Assembly (NCBI GenBank): GCA_964016885.1
Contig: OZ024757.1
Coordinates: 7,502,001 to 7,566,000, forward strand
Direction of reading: 5' to 3'
Origin: Eledone cirrhosa
Lineage: Eukaryota
DNA: 64,000 bases
Shown: in pieces, positions 13,016-25,960 of the stretch
Layout: every line of letters starts with the position of its first letter
Position numbering within the stretch: the stretch's first letter is position 1
Notes under the pieces: model-generated
Told to the model about the DNA's origin: nothing
Seen by the model: only the letters and a program-made list of their open reading frames with translations
Databases searched by the model: none
Program-made: the position numbers and the translations under genes

Positions 13016-13523
13016 GAGAGAAAGGAATGCAGTCTGTGTATCTAAGCAATACATATATTTATGTCTCTCTCTCATATATATCTATCTCTCTCTCTCTCTC
13101 TCATATATATGAGAGATACCCTAACCCTACTCACGTAAATAACTACAAATGAAAATTCTATTAAAAAAAATTATAATTTCAAGGGAGATAACTATATTTT
13201 ACCATGTGGTTCTCTCCCTTTGTGAGTGTGTTTTATTTACGTATTCAGACAGTCAGCCATACAGACACATAATATGAGTGCGCGACGTTGTATCTATTTA
13301 TCTATCTAATTACTTGTCAGTTAAAACATTGCCTTTCTTTTCATATATTAGAGAGAGCCGCAATGTTGAATTTCTTTACCTTATGTAAGTGTATGGGAGA
13401 GAGAGAGAGAGAAGAGATGTATGGAAGTGAGAGACAGAGACTAAAAGAGAAAGAGGCAGAAACAGAATGGTTGCTGTTATATATATATACATTTCTGTCT
13501 CTATCTTTATATATATAAAGAAT

Positions 13524-13694
13524 AATTGTTTCTACTTTTGGCACAAGGCCAGCAATCACCCAGTGCATTACTGGTACTTTATTTTATCGATCCTGTAAGG
13601 ATGAAAGGCAAAGTCAACCTCGGTGGGATTTGAACTCGGGACGTAACTATGCTGGAAAGCATGGCGTCCGACCCTCTACCGATACTGTCAATCC
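13524..13694 (-). mobile_element. SINE family 1
   Basis: TSD ATATATAAAGAAT at 13511-13523 and 13695-13707. Confidence 0.9.
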
Positions 13695-14857
13695 ATATAT
13701 AAAGAATTTCAATCGACAGCGATTCATCCCGAGAGTGTGGGGGCTCTAGAATCAGGAATCTTAAAATTTTCTGAAGAAGAGTCTTTATGCAAAAACGATA
13801 TCTATATAACAACCCCACCGTAAAACTACTCTTCCCCACTTTACAAACACTTTATATTATTTGTCATTAAGGTTTCTTAAAATAAATATATATACGTATA
13901 TGTAGTAATTAGTACGGGGGCTAAGAGAAGGGGCGAGTGTGTCTTGATGGAGGGCACATGGGACCAGCAAAGTCCTAAAAGTAGAGACCAGTAAATGAGA
14001 TAAGGTCCTAGCTATGTTAAGAATATAAATAAGAAACATGTTCTATACATTTAAGAAGACAAGAGAAACATGTTCTAAACATTTAAGAAATAATTATTTA
14101 CCTCTTTCATGTCGGTAATATAGTGGTGTTATAAAACTAATTATAACGACCGGTGTTAAAATAGAGAGAGATAGACAGATAAATGTGTGTCACACTCTCA
14201 CCCTCTCTTTAAATCTTTTACACTATCTAACTCGTACTTCTCCCACTCTCTTTACATCTTTTCCTCTATCTCCCTCTCTTTACATCTACCTCTTATTTCT
14301 ATCTGTGTACATATATATGTGTATGTATGTATCTGTCTATGTGTAACTAGGTGTACTGGAGCAATATGAAGTGAAGTGTCTTGCTCAAGAAGACATTTTG
14401 TGGAGCTATATCATCGTTTCTTGTTATAAAGCTACTTATACTACCGGCGTAACAGTGGCTATAGGTGAAAGATGTAGAAATAAAAGGCTGTAACAGCGAT
14501 ATAAATATAGATGAAATAGTTTACCACGAGACCAAGAATGAATGTTTAATGGAATTAAGTGTAATCTAATAGGAAATAAGAGGCTAGAGCAGCGAAATGT
14601 TTATGTAAAACAAAAGAACAACAAACAAGAGTGCAACATGGACATTTTTGTTTTATTTTGTCGATATAAGCGTTATTTTATGCTCGATTTGCCTTGCTGC
14701 CGGCGTTGCTCAGTCAGTAGCAGCCCCGCTTACGAACTTCAGGAGCCAACGACTTTACATGGTTCGAATCTCACCCTCTCCGCTCTTATCGAGTTATCTC
14801 CTACTCTTTTTACTTAGTTCCAGGTCATTGAAAAAGAGCAAAGAGGGCGCGGCGATC

Positions 14858-15034
14858 GGCATATGCACTGGCTACAATGTTGAACTTTGGTACTGACTGC
14901 GTAGTTGAACGTTCCATATACCAACCGCCCAACTGGCCAGTCAACCGCAAATACGGCTGGCTGGCCGGTTGGGTTGTTGGCATATGTACTGGCTACCATG
15001 CTGAACATTGTACTGACTGCCAAGTTGAACGTTC
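14858..15034. repeat. Two ~56-bp direct repeats flanking a GC-rich hairpin
   Basis: GGCATATG.ACTGGCTAC.ATG.TGAAC.TTG.TACTGACTGC..AGTTGAACGTTC at 14858-14914 and 14979-15034; hairpin core 14928-14973. Confidence 0.85.
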
Positions 15035-15111
15035 TAACCCTCTCTTTACATCTATTACTCTATCTACCGCTTATTTCTCTTCCTCTCTTTACTTCTATAA
15101 CTCTATCTACC

Positions 15112-15478
15112 CCTCTCTTTACATCTATTACAGTGTCTCCCTGTATATATACACGTATATATGCACTAGATTTTATAAGAAATCTACGTAATAATATAAT
15201 TAACAATAGTTGATGAATTAGACCAGAGTTAATTAAACAATAAATATGAATGAAATAGCAGTAGATGGCGAAACTTGAGTGTTGTGTGTGCATACATATA
15301 TATGAGGTAAACTGGTTCAAATACTGTCAGGATCATATTGGATCAAAGACTGTATTAAATAGAAAGTAAAAAATGAAGTGAAAATATAAAAACAAACTGA
15401 AAATTTCCCCATCACTAGAAAAATTCATATCTTGTTATATATAGATAATTGGCGCTTTAAATTGAATAAATATTCATT

Positions 15479-15511
<33 letters not shown>

Positions 15512-15683
15512 GTACACTGATATATATGTGTGTATATATATATATGTACATATATGTATGTGTATATGTGTACATATGTATGTGTATATATATACTAATA
15601 TATATATATATATACTAATATATATATATATATATATATATCAACTTCATCATACGTCCCCTTTTCCATGCTTACAAGGGTGG
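15112..15683. repeat. ~550-bp direct duplication, copy 2
   Basis: See 10308-10850. Confidence 0.9.
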
Positions 15684-16950
15684 GATGGGAGCTGATTCTG
15701 GATTGGTTTCTACAGCTGGGTGCCCTTCCTGACGCCAACCCCGTTTGCAGTGAGTGCTGGGTGCTTTTTTTCCGTGGCACCTCCACGTCAGCTTTACAGT
15801 GTGGGCTGGGTGCTTTTTTGCCGTGGCGCCTCCACGACCACTTTGCGGTGGGGTGGTGGGGTGGTATGTGTATATACAGCCCATTGTCATTTTCCACCCA
15901 GAAAAGCTTATAGCATCGTTCTTTACCCACGATGAATCTAGCAGACCCACCCCTCCACCTGGTCTCTTGAATACAACAAACATCGACCTCCTTACGTTCA
16001 AGCATTTCTACAACCTCGTTAGAGCGACCCTTTAAGATGCCTACATTCATGGTACCAACTCTGAAGTTTTGGATTGCGTTTGGAGTGTGGGAACGGTGGG
16101 GCGCGGGGGTAGATGGGGTTATGTTAGCCATCCGCGGCCGAAACAAGGAAGAGGAGTGCTTGCAATCTCGTCCACGAGGTGAATTTGTCTTTATCTTTGG
16201 CATTGTCGCTGAGCGTCCAGATTTTTCTCTCTTCAACTCTCCAGAATTCCGTAGTCCATCCATCATATCGAAAGGCAACCAGTTAAGCGATAGTATAGGC
16301 CTCTGACTTATGATTGGTCCACGTAATAATGGTGGTGCGTGGGGGAGGGCTGTTGGGTAGTTAGCGAGAAGGTAAGGTTTAAATAAGATCCCCGTATTTT
16401 GGGCATAATTTAACAAGCATAAACAAAAATACACGATTTGTTTTGGAAAATACGACAGAGTATCGAGTAGAAAGGCAAAGATTGGATTCAGGGAAAAAAT
16501 GATAGAGAATGGCGAATGGATGGACTAAGGAATTAAAATGGAGAGGAGAATGAAGAAATATTTGTACGTTACATTATACCAGGAAAGCAGCCATGCCGGA
16601 ATAGGAATTTGGCGGTTCTGATTTTTTCGTACTTGGTAGGGTTTATCTTATATATATAGATAGGAGGGGGGGGGCGAACCAGCATGATGTAGGGGGATAG
16701 GAGGGAGCAGAGGTTAAGAGTTTAAATACAGTCCTCAACATTTGGGGTAAAATTTAGCCAGCATAACAAAATATATTTAAAAAATATATAAGAAGGATCT
16801 GTTTTGTTTTGAAAATACGACAGCGAGAAGGTAAGATTTTAAAAATACGACAGAGTATCGAGTAGAAAGGCAAAGATTGGATTCAGGGAAAACATGATAG
16901 AGAATGGCGAATGGATGGACTAATGAATTAAAATGGAGAGGGGAATGAAG
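15643..16950 (-). mobile_element. Internally deleted RTE LINE (5' region + APE N-terminus fused to 3'UTR/tail)
   Basis: RVGTMNVGILKGRSNEVVEMLERKEVDVCCIQETRW (APE motifs) joined at ~15880 to an RTE 3'UTR; ~110-bp direct repeat at 16447-16555 / 16842-16950; 5' boundary uncertain. Confidence 0.8.
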
Positions 16951-17078
16951 ATGTATGTATGTATAGATTCCAGTTCCTCAGTGAAATAACAACCCAGCCA
17001 GGAACTGGGCATATCAGAGTATTGACAAAATTATACACCTCAACAACATATGTACTTGTCTATACCACACTAATTCGG

Positions 17079-17133
17079 ACTGCCTGAAGAGGTCACAGCC
17101 AAAGATGGCTGTCACCGAAATATATATAGCAGT
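17079..17133 (+). ncRNA. Minimal type-I hammerhead ribozyme in a Penelope-like 3' remnant (~16965-17182)
   Basis: Stem I ACTGC/GCAGT; CTGAAGA; stem II GGT-c-ACAGCCA[AAGA]TGGCTGT-c-ACC; GAAA; palindromic TATATA stem III; TA site; AATAAA follows immediately; (TA)n flank. Confidence 0.85.
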
Positions 17134-17178
17134 AATAAACGAAGCTAAATTTTAAACATTTGACTTTTTATTTTACTT

Positions 17179-17226
<48 letters not shown>

Positions 17227-18263
17227 TATATATATATATCATATATATATAAATTAACGATAATCGTATGTCGGCTATTGGAAATTAACGAAAAACAACT
17301 TCCGACATGTGTGGCAAGCGCTCCATAGAAGCTAGTGAACTAGAGCAACACCATAAGTTAAAAGGCCAAACACACTGAGACGATGGTTAAACCATTATCC
17401 GCACAGCCATAGAAACGACCAAGTAATTCGGGTCAAACAAATAAAATATGATTGAAAATTATACCCGGACCCCTGGAAGGTTGGTAATATCCAGCATTGG
17501 GTTTCTGCAACTCCTAAATCAAGTACTGTCTGCTCAGACAAATAATGTTAAGCTTTTTGTATGATGATCGAGCAAGGAAGTCACTTTTTCAACAGGCTTT
17601 TAGTTCAGTGCCAAGCCAAGGACTGACCGTTATCAAAACTCACGTGGGGCTTGACAAGGGGGGCAACCCTTAGTTTTGGCGGATGAATTCACTATGTGTG
17701 TTATTGCAAAATTGCAAAATATCACAAAACGAATTAAGCTCTCAACAGAATGGTTTTAAAATTAACAAGAGCTATTAATCAGTCAATAGAATTAACTAAA
17801 AAAAAACAAGAAAATTAACTGGTCAATAGCTAGACTCTGGAGATTAATACAAATATAAAGAGAGAGGGAGAGGGAGAGAGAGAGAGAGAGTATGTGTGTG
17901 TGTGTGTGTGTGTTTATATTAGACCAACAGAAATCCTCCATAGATGAGTTCAAGTACATAACCTCGCTACCGTGTATCATGTATCGTTTCAGTCAGAGTT
18001 GCCACATTGATTATTATTGTTATTATTTGTTATTCTATGGTGGCATTTACCGGAAATAAGTTTCTATTACATTACATTGCCTAATTTGATAGGTTTCTGC
18101 TGCTTACCCCACCAACCCTTCACTTTAACCCTATTTCCCCCGCCTCACATACCTCTCCAGTTCTCTGTTAGAAAAAGGAGGAAAAGACCATACTATTAGG
18201 AATACAAGAGAACAACACAACTATACATATGTGCAACACACATATGTGTATCTATTTATTTAT

Positions 18264-18326
18264 ATGTGTATGTATGTATGTATGTATGTATGTATGTATG
18301 TATGTATGTATGTATGTATGTATGTA

Positions 18327-18372
<46 letters not shown>

Positions 18373-18805
18373 TGTGTGTATGTGTGTGTGTGTGTGTGTG
18401 TATTATGTATGTATGCATGCAGACATACATAAATGCATACACATAATATATACATACATATGTACACACACTCATGCACACACATACATGCATACAAACA
18501 TACACACATACATGTATGCATACATACATACATACATACATACATACACACACACATACATATATATATACACATACATACACACACACATACATATATA
18601 TATACATACATATACACATACATACATATATATATACATACATTCATACATACACACACACACACATACACACATGCATACATACTCATACACATACAGT
18701 CATACATACACACACACACATACATACACACATGCATACATACACACACACATACATACATACACACATCACATATACATACATACATATATACATACAT
18801 ACATT
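18264..18805. repeat. Compound microsatellite (TATG)n/(TG)n followed by (CATA)n/(CA)n
   Basis: Direct reading. Confidence 0.95.
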
Positions 18806-19224
18806 CAGATGTTTAATTAGTTTACGCATATGTTTCATTTAAACAAAATCAGAATTCTTTTACTTAGTAGCCAATTCTAAGATATTCACTTCAAGCCTAC
18901 TTGTAATTACAACAATTTAATCAGCTCAATAAAGCTGTATTTCTCTCATTATATGAAGTGCCTTGGGAAGCTTTAATTCCTTTGGTTTAATAAATATGTT
19001 TGAGAGATTAAAAGAAAGCTTTCAAGACAGGCACTATATGGACAACTATGAAAACCTGGTAACCATAGTAAAGAAAAATGAGATGGTACAACAGGGTTTT
19101 ATTGACCTATAGCGAGCCCCCCAGGCTTTCAGGTATTTTGGACCCCTTTCTTTTACTTCACAACAGAGAAAATGGGTGCCTACTGCCTGTGTAGTCTCTG
19201 GGATCAGCTTATTCAGCCATATGA

Positions 19225-19448
19225 ATAATTGTTTCTACTTTAGGCACGAGGCCAGCAATTTGAAGGGGAGGGGGGAAAGTCAATTAAATTGCTCCCAGTA
19301 CATTACTGGTGTTCTATTTTAGCTATCCCATCAGGACGAAAGGTAAAATTAACCTCGATGGGATTTGAAATCAGGATGTAAAGGGACATAACTTTACGCT
19401 GCAAAGCATGGTGTCCGACGCTCAACCGATACTGCCAATCCACCTCCC
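19225..19448 (-). mobile_element. SINE family 1 variant
   Basis: Same head and tail as 4221-4409 with a diverged middle. Confidence 0.8.
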
Positions 19449-20022
19449 TTGTGACCTATAAATGGTTTCATTTATTAACCACAAGGGCCGAACATCCCTT
19501 CGTTATGAATAATATGACCCAGTCATACAGTAATGTAACATGATCTGATGGATTGACCAAGACCGTGCTCCTAGGAACAGTTCAAGAGAAAAGAAGGCAA
19601 AGACATCAGAGAAAGAAATGGCCAGATAATATCATGGAATAGGCTGGGAAAGTCTTATCAACAAACCAAAATCAAAGCTGTGAAATATTCATCTTGGCAA
19701 TCAATGGGTTAATTTTAAATGAGAAAAGAATAGACTCATAACCTCTTCAGGTTTTCTTGACATAGGATAAGCATGAGAAGAAATAGAGGTTAAATAGTTC
19801 CCAGCTAAGATAGTGGAATAGTAGAAACAGCAAAACACAGTTAAATATTTTACAATAGTTAGTTCCATTTTTCTACATGATGAGTTCCAATTTTACTGTA
19901 ATTTGTTTGTCTGGGAGTTGACTAAATAAAGCTTAGTTATGGAATAATATTTGTTCAGTCAAACATAATACTATCCTACAAATCTGTATTGTTGAACCAA
20001 TGAAATAAATGAAAATTGTTTA

Positions 20023-20267
20023 TTAACCCTTTTGATAACAAATGCCAGAAACTGCCTCTGATTCTAAGATACAAAATGTTTATAGTTATCTAAAAATTCT
20101 CCATCGTAATATTATGTAAAAACCTTTGTTAAGTTATGTTCCCAATACCAGCTTAATGATGAAAAAGTTAATTATATTACTAAATCCCTCTAAATTCTTA
20201 ATTGTTTTCAAAATTAGAAAATCACAGGGAGTGTATTTTGTAAGACATTTGTACAGAACAAGGTTAA
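20023..20267. mobile_element. TTAA-flanked MITE (piggyBac-like termini), degenerate
   Basis: TTAACCCTTT...AAGGTTAA; similar to 22656-23121. Confidence 0.6.
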
Positions 20268-20436
20268 ATTTGTAATGCTGGTTTATGACAAGATCACAGC
20301 AATTAAAATATGTTCTAATTTAGAATTCTGAAGTCAATATAAGAGTAGAAAGAATATCTCTACATATTGATCCTGCCACTGTGATGAATATTAGGATCAT
20401 CATTGTTATAATTCAATTATTTTTATATTTTTACAA

Positions 20437-20680
20437 GGCACGTGGCTTAGTGATTAAAGGTGTTTGGCTCATAAATGTAAGTTCATGTGTTCAATTCCCA
20501 GTGGTGTATTTTGTTCTTGGACTTTATTTCACATTGCTCCAGTCCACTCAGCTGACAAAAATGAGCTGTACATATTCTTGTCATATACTGTGGAATGCTC
20601 AGATAGTGGCACATTAATTTCACAAGCAGAATGTTCCATTGTTCAGATAACTGGAACACTCATGATCAGACTAAATAGAG
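20437..20680 (+). mobile_element. tRNA-derived SINE family 2, degenerate
   Basis: GGCACGTGGCTTAGTG head, GTTCAATTCC B-box, CTTTATTTCACATTGCTCCAG core. Confidence 0.7.
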
Positions 20681-21419
20681 GTCTAACAACAACACAAGAC
20701 AGTTTTACTTGGCTCCAGTTTCTACATCAGAACCATTATATAAGATCAAAGAAATATTCTAAATGAAAATATATTCTTTCAGTCATTATGGAATTAACAA
20801 TCCCACTTTAATCTTACATTTGAACACAACAGATGACAACTGGATTAGTTAGTTGATCTGTTGGCTGAGCTACTAACAACTGAAAGGACTGACTATGAAA
20901 TAGTCAAAGGAGATGCTCCATTATGGCTTTAGTCATGATGAATAAAACACAGTAAAGAACTAAAGAACTAAAGATGGGTTTAGTTTAAGAAATGAATGCT
21001 CTTGGGAAAATGACAGATTGAAGATTGAAGTTTGAACTATTTATGAAATAGACCTATAATTAGGTAAATACCTCTAATAATCGTTAATGTTGTTGATGGT
21101 GGTGGTGGTGGTGTGTGTGTGTGTGTTTGTACATATATAAAAACACAGTCTACTTCCATCATTACCCCAATGATATATGCCTGGAGAATGTGGTAGTATG
21201 CTCTTGTGGTCCCAGAAGACAGAATAGAGAAAGCATTACTCTGGAGGATAAGTAGTGAGGGGGATACATTGAAATAGCCATTCCAACTTGCAGGGATCAC
21301 TCTCCTGAGTGCAGAGTGTTGGAATGTCGTTTGGGAACACTGAGTGCCAGAAGTCTCCACTGCTATAGGTTCAATGATAAATCTTAAGTTTCTAGTCTGA
21401 TTAAAAGTATGCATGATCA

Positions 21420-22020
21420 AATGCATGGAAAGTTTGCGAGAAGTAGTTGACAGCTTCTGTTATCATGGTAACCTAATTAGCAATGAAAGAAGGGCTTGGA
21501 AAGCATAGCAGTCAGAGTAAGAATAAGGTGAAATAATTCAGGCAATTATTACATCTCCTGGGGATAGGTGCATTCTCTCTCCAAGTGAAGGGTGGATTGT
21601 ATGATCTTTGTGTAATATTGAATGGTTATGAAATAAGGACATTGAATACAAAGGATGTACAAAGGCAAGCATGAGCCATTGAATGTGTAGTTTTAGTGTA
21701 CCTGATTGATGAAGCACAAGTGAGTTAAGAGAAAAACTGTGTATAAGAGAAGCAGATGTAGTGTGTAGGAAAGAAGACTGAACTGGTATGGACATGTGAT
21801 GGCAAATGGGTAAAAATGTATCAAGCAATCCAAGTGGAAGAAACCTGCAGATGTGGAAGACCATGGAAGAAATGGGAAGAAGTGGTGAAGGTTGATCTCA
21901 GGATGCTGAACCTCATGAAAGAAATGATAAAGGACAACAACTAACAAGTGGCAAGATGCTGTACTATAGAAGACCCATTCAACCCATGTGAGCCAAGAAA
22001 AACAAATGTATGATGATGAT
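21420..22020 (+). mobile_element. Old RTE LINE 3' fragment
   Basis: EVVDSF.Y.G remnant, WYGHV, (GAT)n tail. Confidence 0.8.
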
Positions 22021-22229
22021 GGTGATGGTGGTGGTGGTGGTGGTGGTGGTGGTGGTAGTAGGGTGATATGGATGGGAGGGTGATGATGATAACGATGACA
22101 TAGTACTATTCATTGATTACTACAAAACAGATAACATTCATTATTATATATGGTTTCAGTAAGGAGGATGTCATACAATAAAATAGAAGATTCTGATTGT
22201 GGGTTACTTCGTTAACAATATAGATCTTC

Positions 22230-22232
<3 letters not shown>

Positions 22233-22312
<80 letters not shown>
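22233..22312. repeat. (GA)n microsatellite
   Basis: Direct reading. Confidence 0.97.
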
Positions 22313-22318
<6 letters not shown>

Positions 22319-22655
22319 CCAAGAAAATAAAATTTGGTTCTTAAAATGTGATCAGACATTATCTAATTAGTATTGAAAACTTATATCTTTCTTATTTTCT
22401 GATTAGAAATCGTTTTTATTTTTAAAGGGTTTCCTTATATGATATAGAACAGCAGTTTCCAACCTGTAGGATCTTTTTGGGTGGTGGGATTCCACAAAGA
22501 TACTACTGGAAGTCTTTGAACCAAGTTGAAAATTTCAAATGCATAACTACTCATGAAAAGTCAGATGAAAATAAATTTTCAAAACTTCGAACATATTTCT
22601 ACATCTACAGGAACAATCTAATATTTTTAGATACTTTTTGGAACCTGATCTACAT

Positions 22656-23121
22656 TTAACCCTTTCATTACCAACCCACCTAAAACTGGCTCTAGTTCTA
22701 TGAAATACAACCACCCATTTTAAAGGATTCCAATTTAACCCTTTAGCATTTAAACCGACTGTATCTGGCCAGAATTCTCTCACCTCTTTCTGTTAAAACC
22801 GACTGTAACTGGCTGCTCATACTTACGTTAAGGTATTGTTCTCAAAATAAATAATATCAAAATCTCACAGATTCGATGCTATGTGCGAAAATTATATGAG
22901 ATTATGATTTTACCGTGAAAATATAATAATAAATATAGAGTAATGTAAAATGCTAAAGAGTTAAATTAAAATCTTCCAACATAATTTCTTATAAAAACCT
23001 TACATTAAGTTACTACCTTAGTAATGAAATAATTAGTAATTTTAGTAAATCCCTCAAAATTGTTCATTAATAAATCGAAATAGACTGTATTTCATTAGAA
23101 AGGTGGTGATGAAAGGGTTAA
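22656..23121. mobile_element. TTAA-flanked MITE with a second MITE nested at an internal TTAA (22735-22964)
   Basis: Outer TTAACCCTTTCATTACC...GGTGATGAAAGGGTTAA; inner TTAACCCTTTAGCATTT...AAATGCTAAAGAGTTAA. Confidence 0.8.
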
Positions 23122-24470
23122 AATGTCTACCATTAAATTTAAAATGAAGAACTTGGAGTCAACAAAGCAGCTTCGACTATCTCATTAAATAAGTAATTTT
23201 TTTTATACCAAGCCACCTGAAACTGGTCTGGTTTTATGACACAAGGCTTCCCATTTTAAAATAATCAAATTTTTTATAGAAAATTTTGTTCCAAACATCA
23301 ACTTAATAATGAAAAAGGTTGATCCTGTTATTAAATTCCCCCCATATGTTTTGATGAGTTTCCAAATAAACTGAAACACAGTATATTTCATTTGAAATAT
23401 GGTAGCAGAAGGGTTAATATTGTCAATTATCTAACTGAATATTTAGTTATATATATATATATATGGGCAACAAAACTGAGAAAATGAGATTTTTGTTAGT
23501 TAATAAAATAAACTTGTTATAGTAGACAGATCTTTCAAGTGTCTGTGATCGGTGGGAAAATTCATTTAGATAAACAGGAGTCCTTAGTATGACTAGGGTG
23601 GGAACCACTTGTATAGAATAAGGGAGAGTTGGGGGCTGTTCCATATGTTGTCATCAGTAAAATCAGGAGAAGACAACAATACAGAATGAATATTTTATTA
23701 AAACTACTCTTCTAGGTTTATTTGCAATATTTCACAGCAGTTTGACACTCAACTTCTCTAAACACTAGCACTTCAAAATAAAAACTTGCTTTGAGCTTAA
23801 AAAAAACAATAAAAAAAACTGGAAGAATATCGATTGAAGAATGGATATTTTTTAAAAAATGACTGCTTTTATCTTTCAATCAAATTTTATCAGATACATT
23901 ATAAAAAATATTCTTTCAATCAGTTTTCTTAAGAACTAAAATATTCAGAGTCTCACAAAGAAATTCATTTCAAAATAAATGCCAAACTGATGGCTTAGAA
24001 TTTGTAAATGAAGCCAGAAACATATTCATTCTCTGATATATTGTCAAGAATTCTAATTTATTTCAGCTTCAGCATTATATATATATTACTTCAATATTAA
24101 TTCTTTGTTTAATAAAAATGATTTCTAATTTTTGGTATAAATTTATTTATATAAATTGGTAAAAATGTTGGTATAAAAAAGAACTTGTGAATACATTTGC
24201 TATTACATTCATCACCAAAATCTTCTCTATTAAATATATAACTGAAATTATTGAAATCACAAATATTGCTATCAGCATTATCTCTTTCTTTTTTTTTTTT
24301 TTTTTTTATTCAATGTCATCAAAATTGATATTGAAAATTCATGTCATAATTAATTAAAGTTGTTTTCATTGTTCCCTATTTTATCAATATATGCTGATTC
24401 TGTCCTCACAATTATTGATTGCATTTTTCATTATTTGACTATAATATATGTAAAGAAATAAAAGCAATTA

Positions 24471-24509
<39 letters not shown>

Positions 24510-25271
24510 TCCTAATTATATTTTAACCATTTTCATACCAAACTGTATGAAATTGCTCCTGGTTCTACAATATATATAAAAAGTATATATTTATCTAAAA
24601 AGCTCCCATCAGGATTTTATATAAGAACATTTGTTAAGATATGTTTCAAACATCAGTTTAATAATGAGAAAGTTAGTTATTTTTCTCTAAATTCTTCATT
24701 ATTTTCAACACAGTATTTTACATTAGAAATATATAAGACATTATTTAATAGAGGAACATTAAATGTGGTTGGTTTCTTGTTCATAGACACAAGTAGATAA
24801 GAAAAGGTATAATTCCATCTAACCCATGCCACCATGGAATAACAGACTTTAAATGATGTGCCTATTTCTTACATAGGCACCTCCAGATATTTCATGGGGA
24901 GGGAATGGTTATATCACACTAGTATTTGACTGGTACTTATTTTTTTATTAACTATCGCAGGATTTGAACTCAGAACAAAACACCGAAATATATTTTATTT
25001 GATATATATTCTGGCAATTTACTGCTTTCACAAATAATAATTAATCTTAATTTTGGCAAAATTTAGGGGATAATTTAGGGGAGAGGAAAGTTGATTAAAT
25101 CACCCCAATACTTGGTTGGTACTTTATATTAACTAACTCAGAAAGTTAACCTCTGTGGGATTTGAACTCAAAACGTAAAGAATCGTAACTACGTACCTAA
25201 GTAGCTTAAGTCATTTTGCCAGACACACTAACATTTCTGGTAGTATTGACAATACTTCACTCTGAAATAAT

Positions 25272-25448
25272 TGTTTCTACTTTAGGCACAATGCCAGCAA
25301 TTACTCAGTGTATTACTGGTACTTTATTTTATCGACCCCGTAAGGATGAAAGGCAAAGTTAACCTCGGCGGGATTTGAACTCAGATCGTAAAGGGACGTA
25401 ACTATGCTAGAAAGCATGGCGTCCGACCCTCTACTGATACTGTCAATC
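25272..25448 (-). mobile_element. SINE family 1 (two older copies adjacent at ~24870-25250)
   Basis: TSD CTCTGAAATAAT at 25260-25271 and 25449-25460. Confidence 0.9.
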
Positions 25449-25605
25449 CTCTGAAATAATGAAAGACAAACTCAGTATGCAAAGGGACATAACTCTATAC
25501 TGCAAAACAATTATATCCTTAATCATATTTTTTTTCTAATTTAGGCAAAAAAAACAATGATCCAAATACTTCATTTATACTATATTTTATCACCCCCCAC
25601 CTCAC

Positions 25606-25960
25606 CTCGAGAAGATAAAAAGGGTCGTGATTCCCGAATAAATCTTCAAAGTCATTTCACCCGACAACCAATTCTGCAAATCCCGTCTTCTATAATTAGA
25701 GTGGAACCTCGGTTCACGCACAATTTTTCCGGACATTAAACAACAAACACACAAGTCGACAACAAGCTTGGAGTATCGGCGGGAAAGCGTTACTTGCTGT
25801 GTAGTTAGTTATTATGGAGGTATCTATCTGCCTCTCACACACAGTCGCTCTCTCTCACTGTATTTCTCTCTCAACATTTCCTATGGGGAAAATAGTTTCT
25901 GTTTACGAACATTTCAGGTCACGAACGGCCTTCAGGAACGAAGTTCGTGAGCCGAGGCTC
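25606..25960 (-). promoter_or_regulatory. Candidate promoter/first exon
   Basis: CpG-enriched unique sequence, E2F-like GGCGGGAAA at 25778-25786, minus-strand donor GAG|GTGAGG at 25605. Confidence 0.35.

Noticed and set aside
13118-13130. CCCTAACCCTA as a telomere repeat or telomerase RNA template
   Set aside because: Under two repeat units, with no supporting pseudoknot or H/ACA features seen
18229-18842. Long His/Thr/Tyr/Ile or Cys/Val/Met ORFs
   Set aside because: Translations of (TATG)n/(CA)n microsatellites; the same applies to 31625-32378 and 10629-10913
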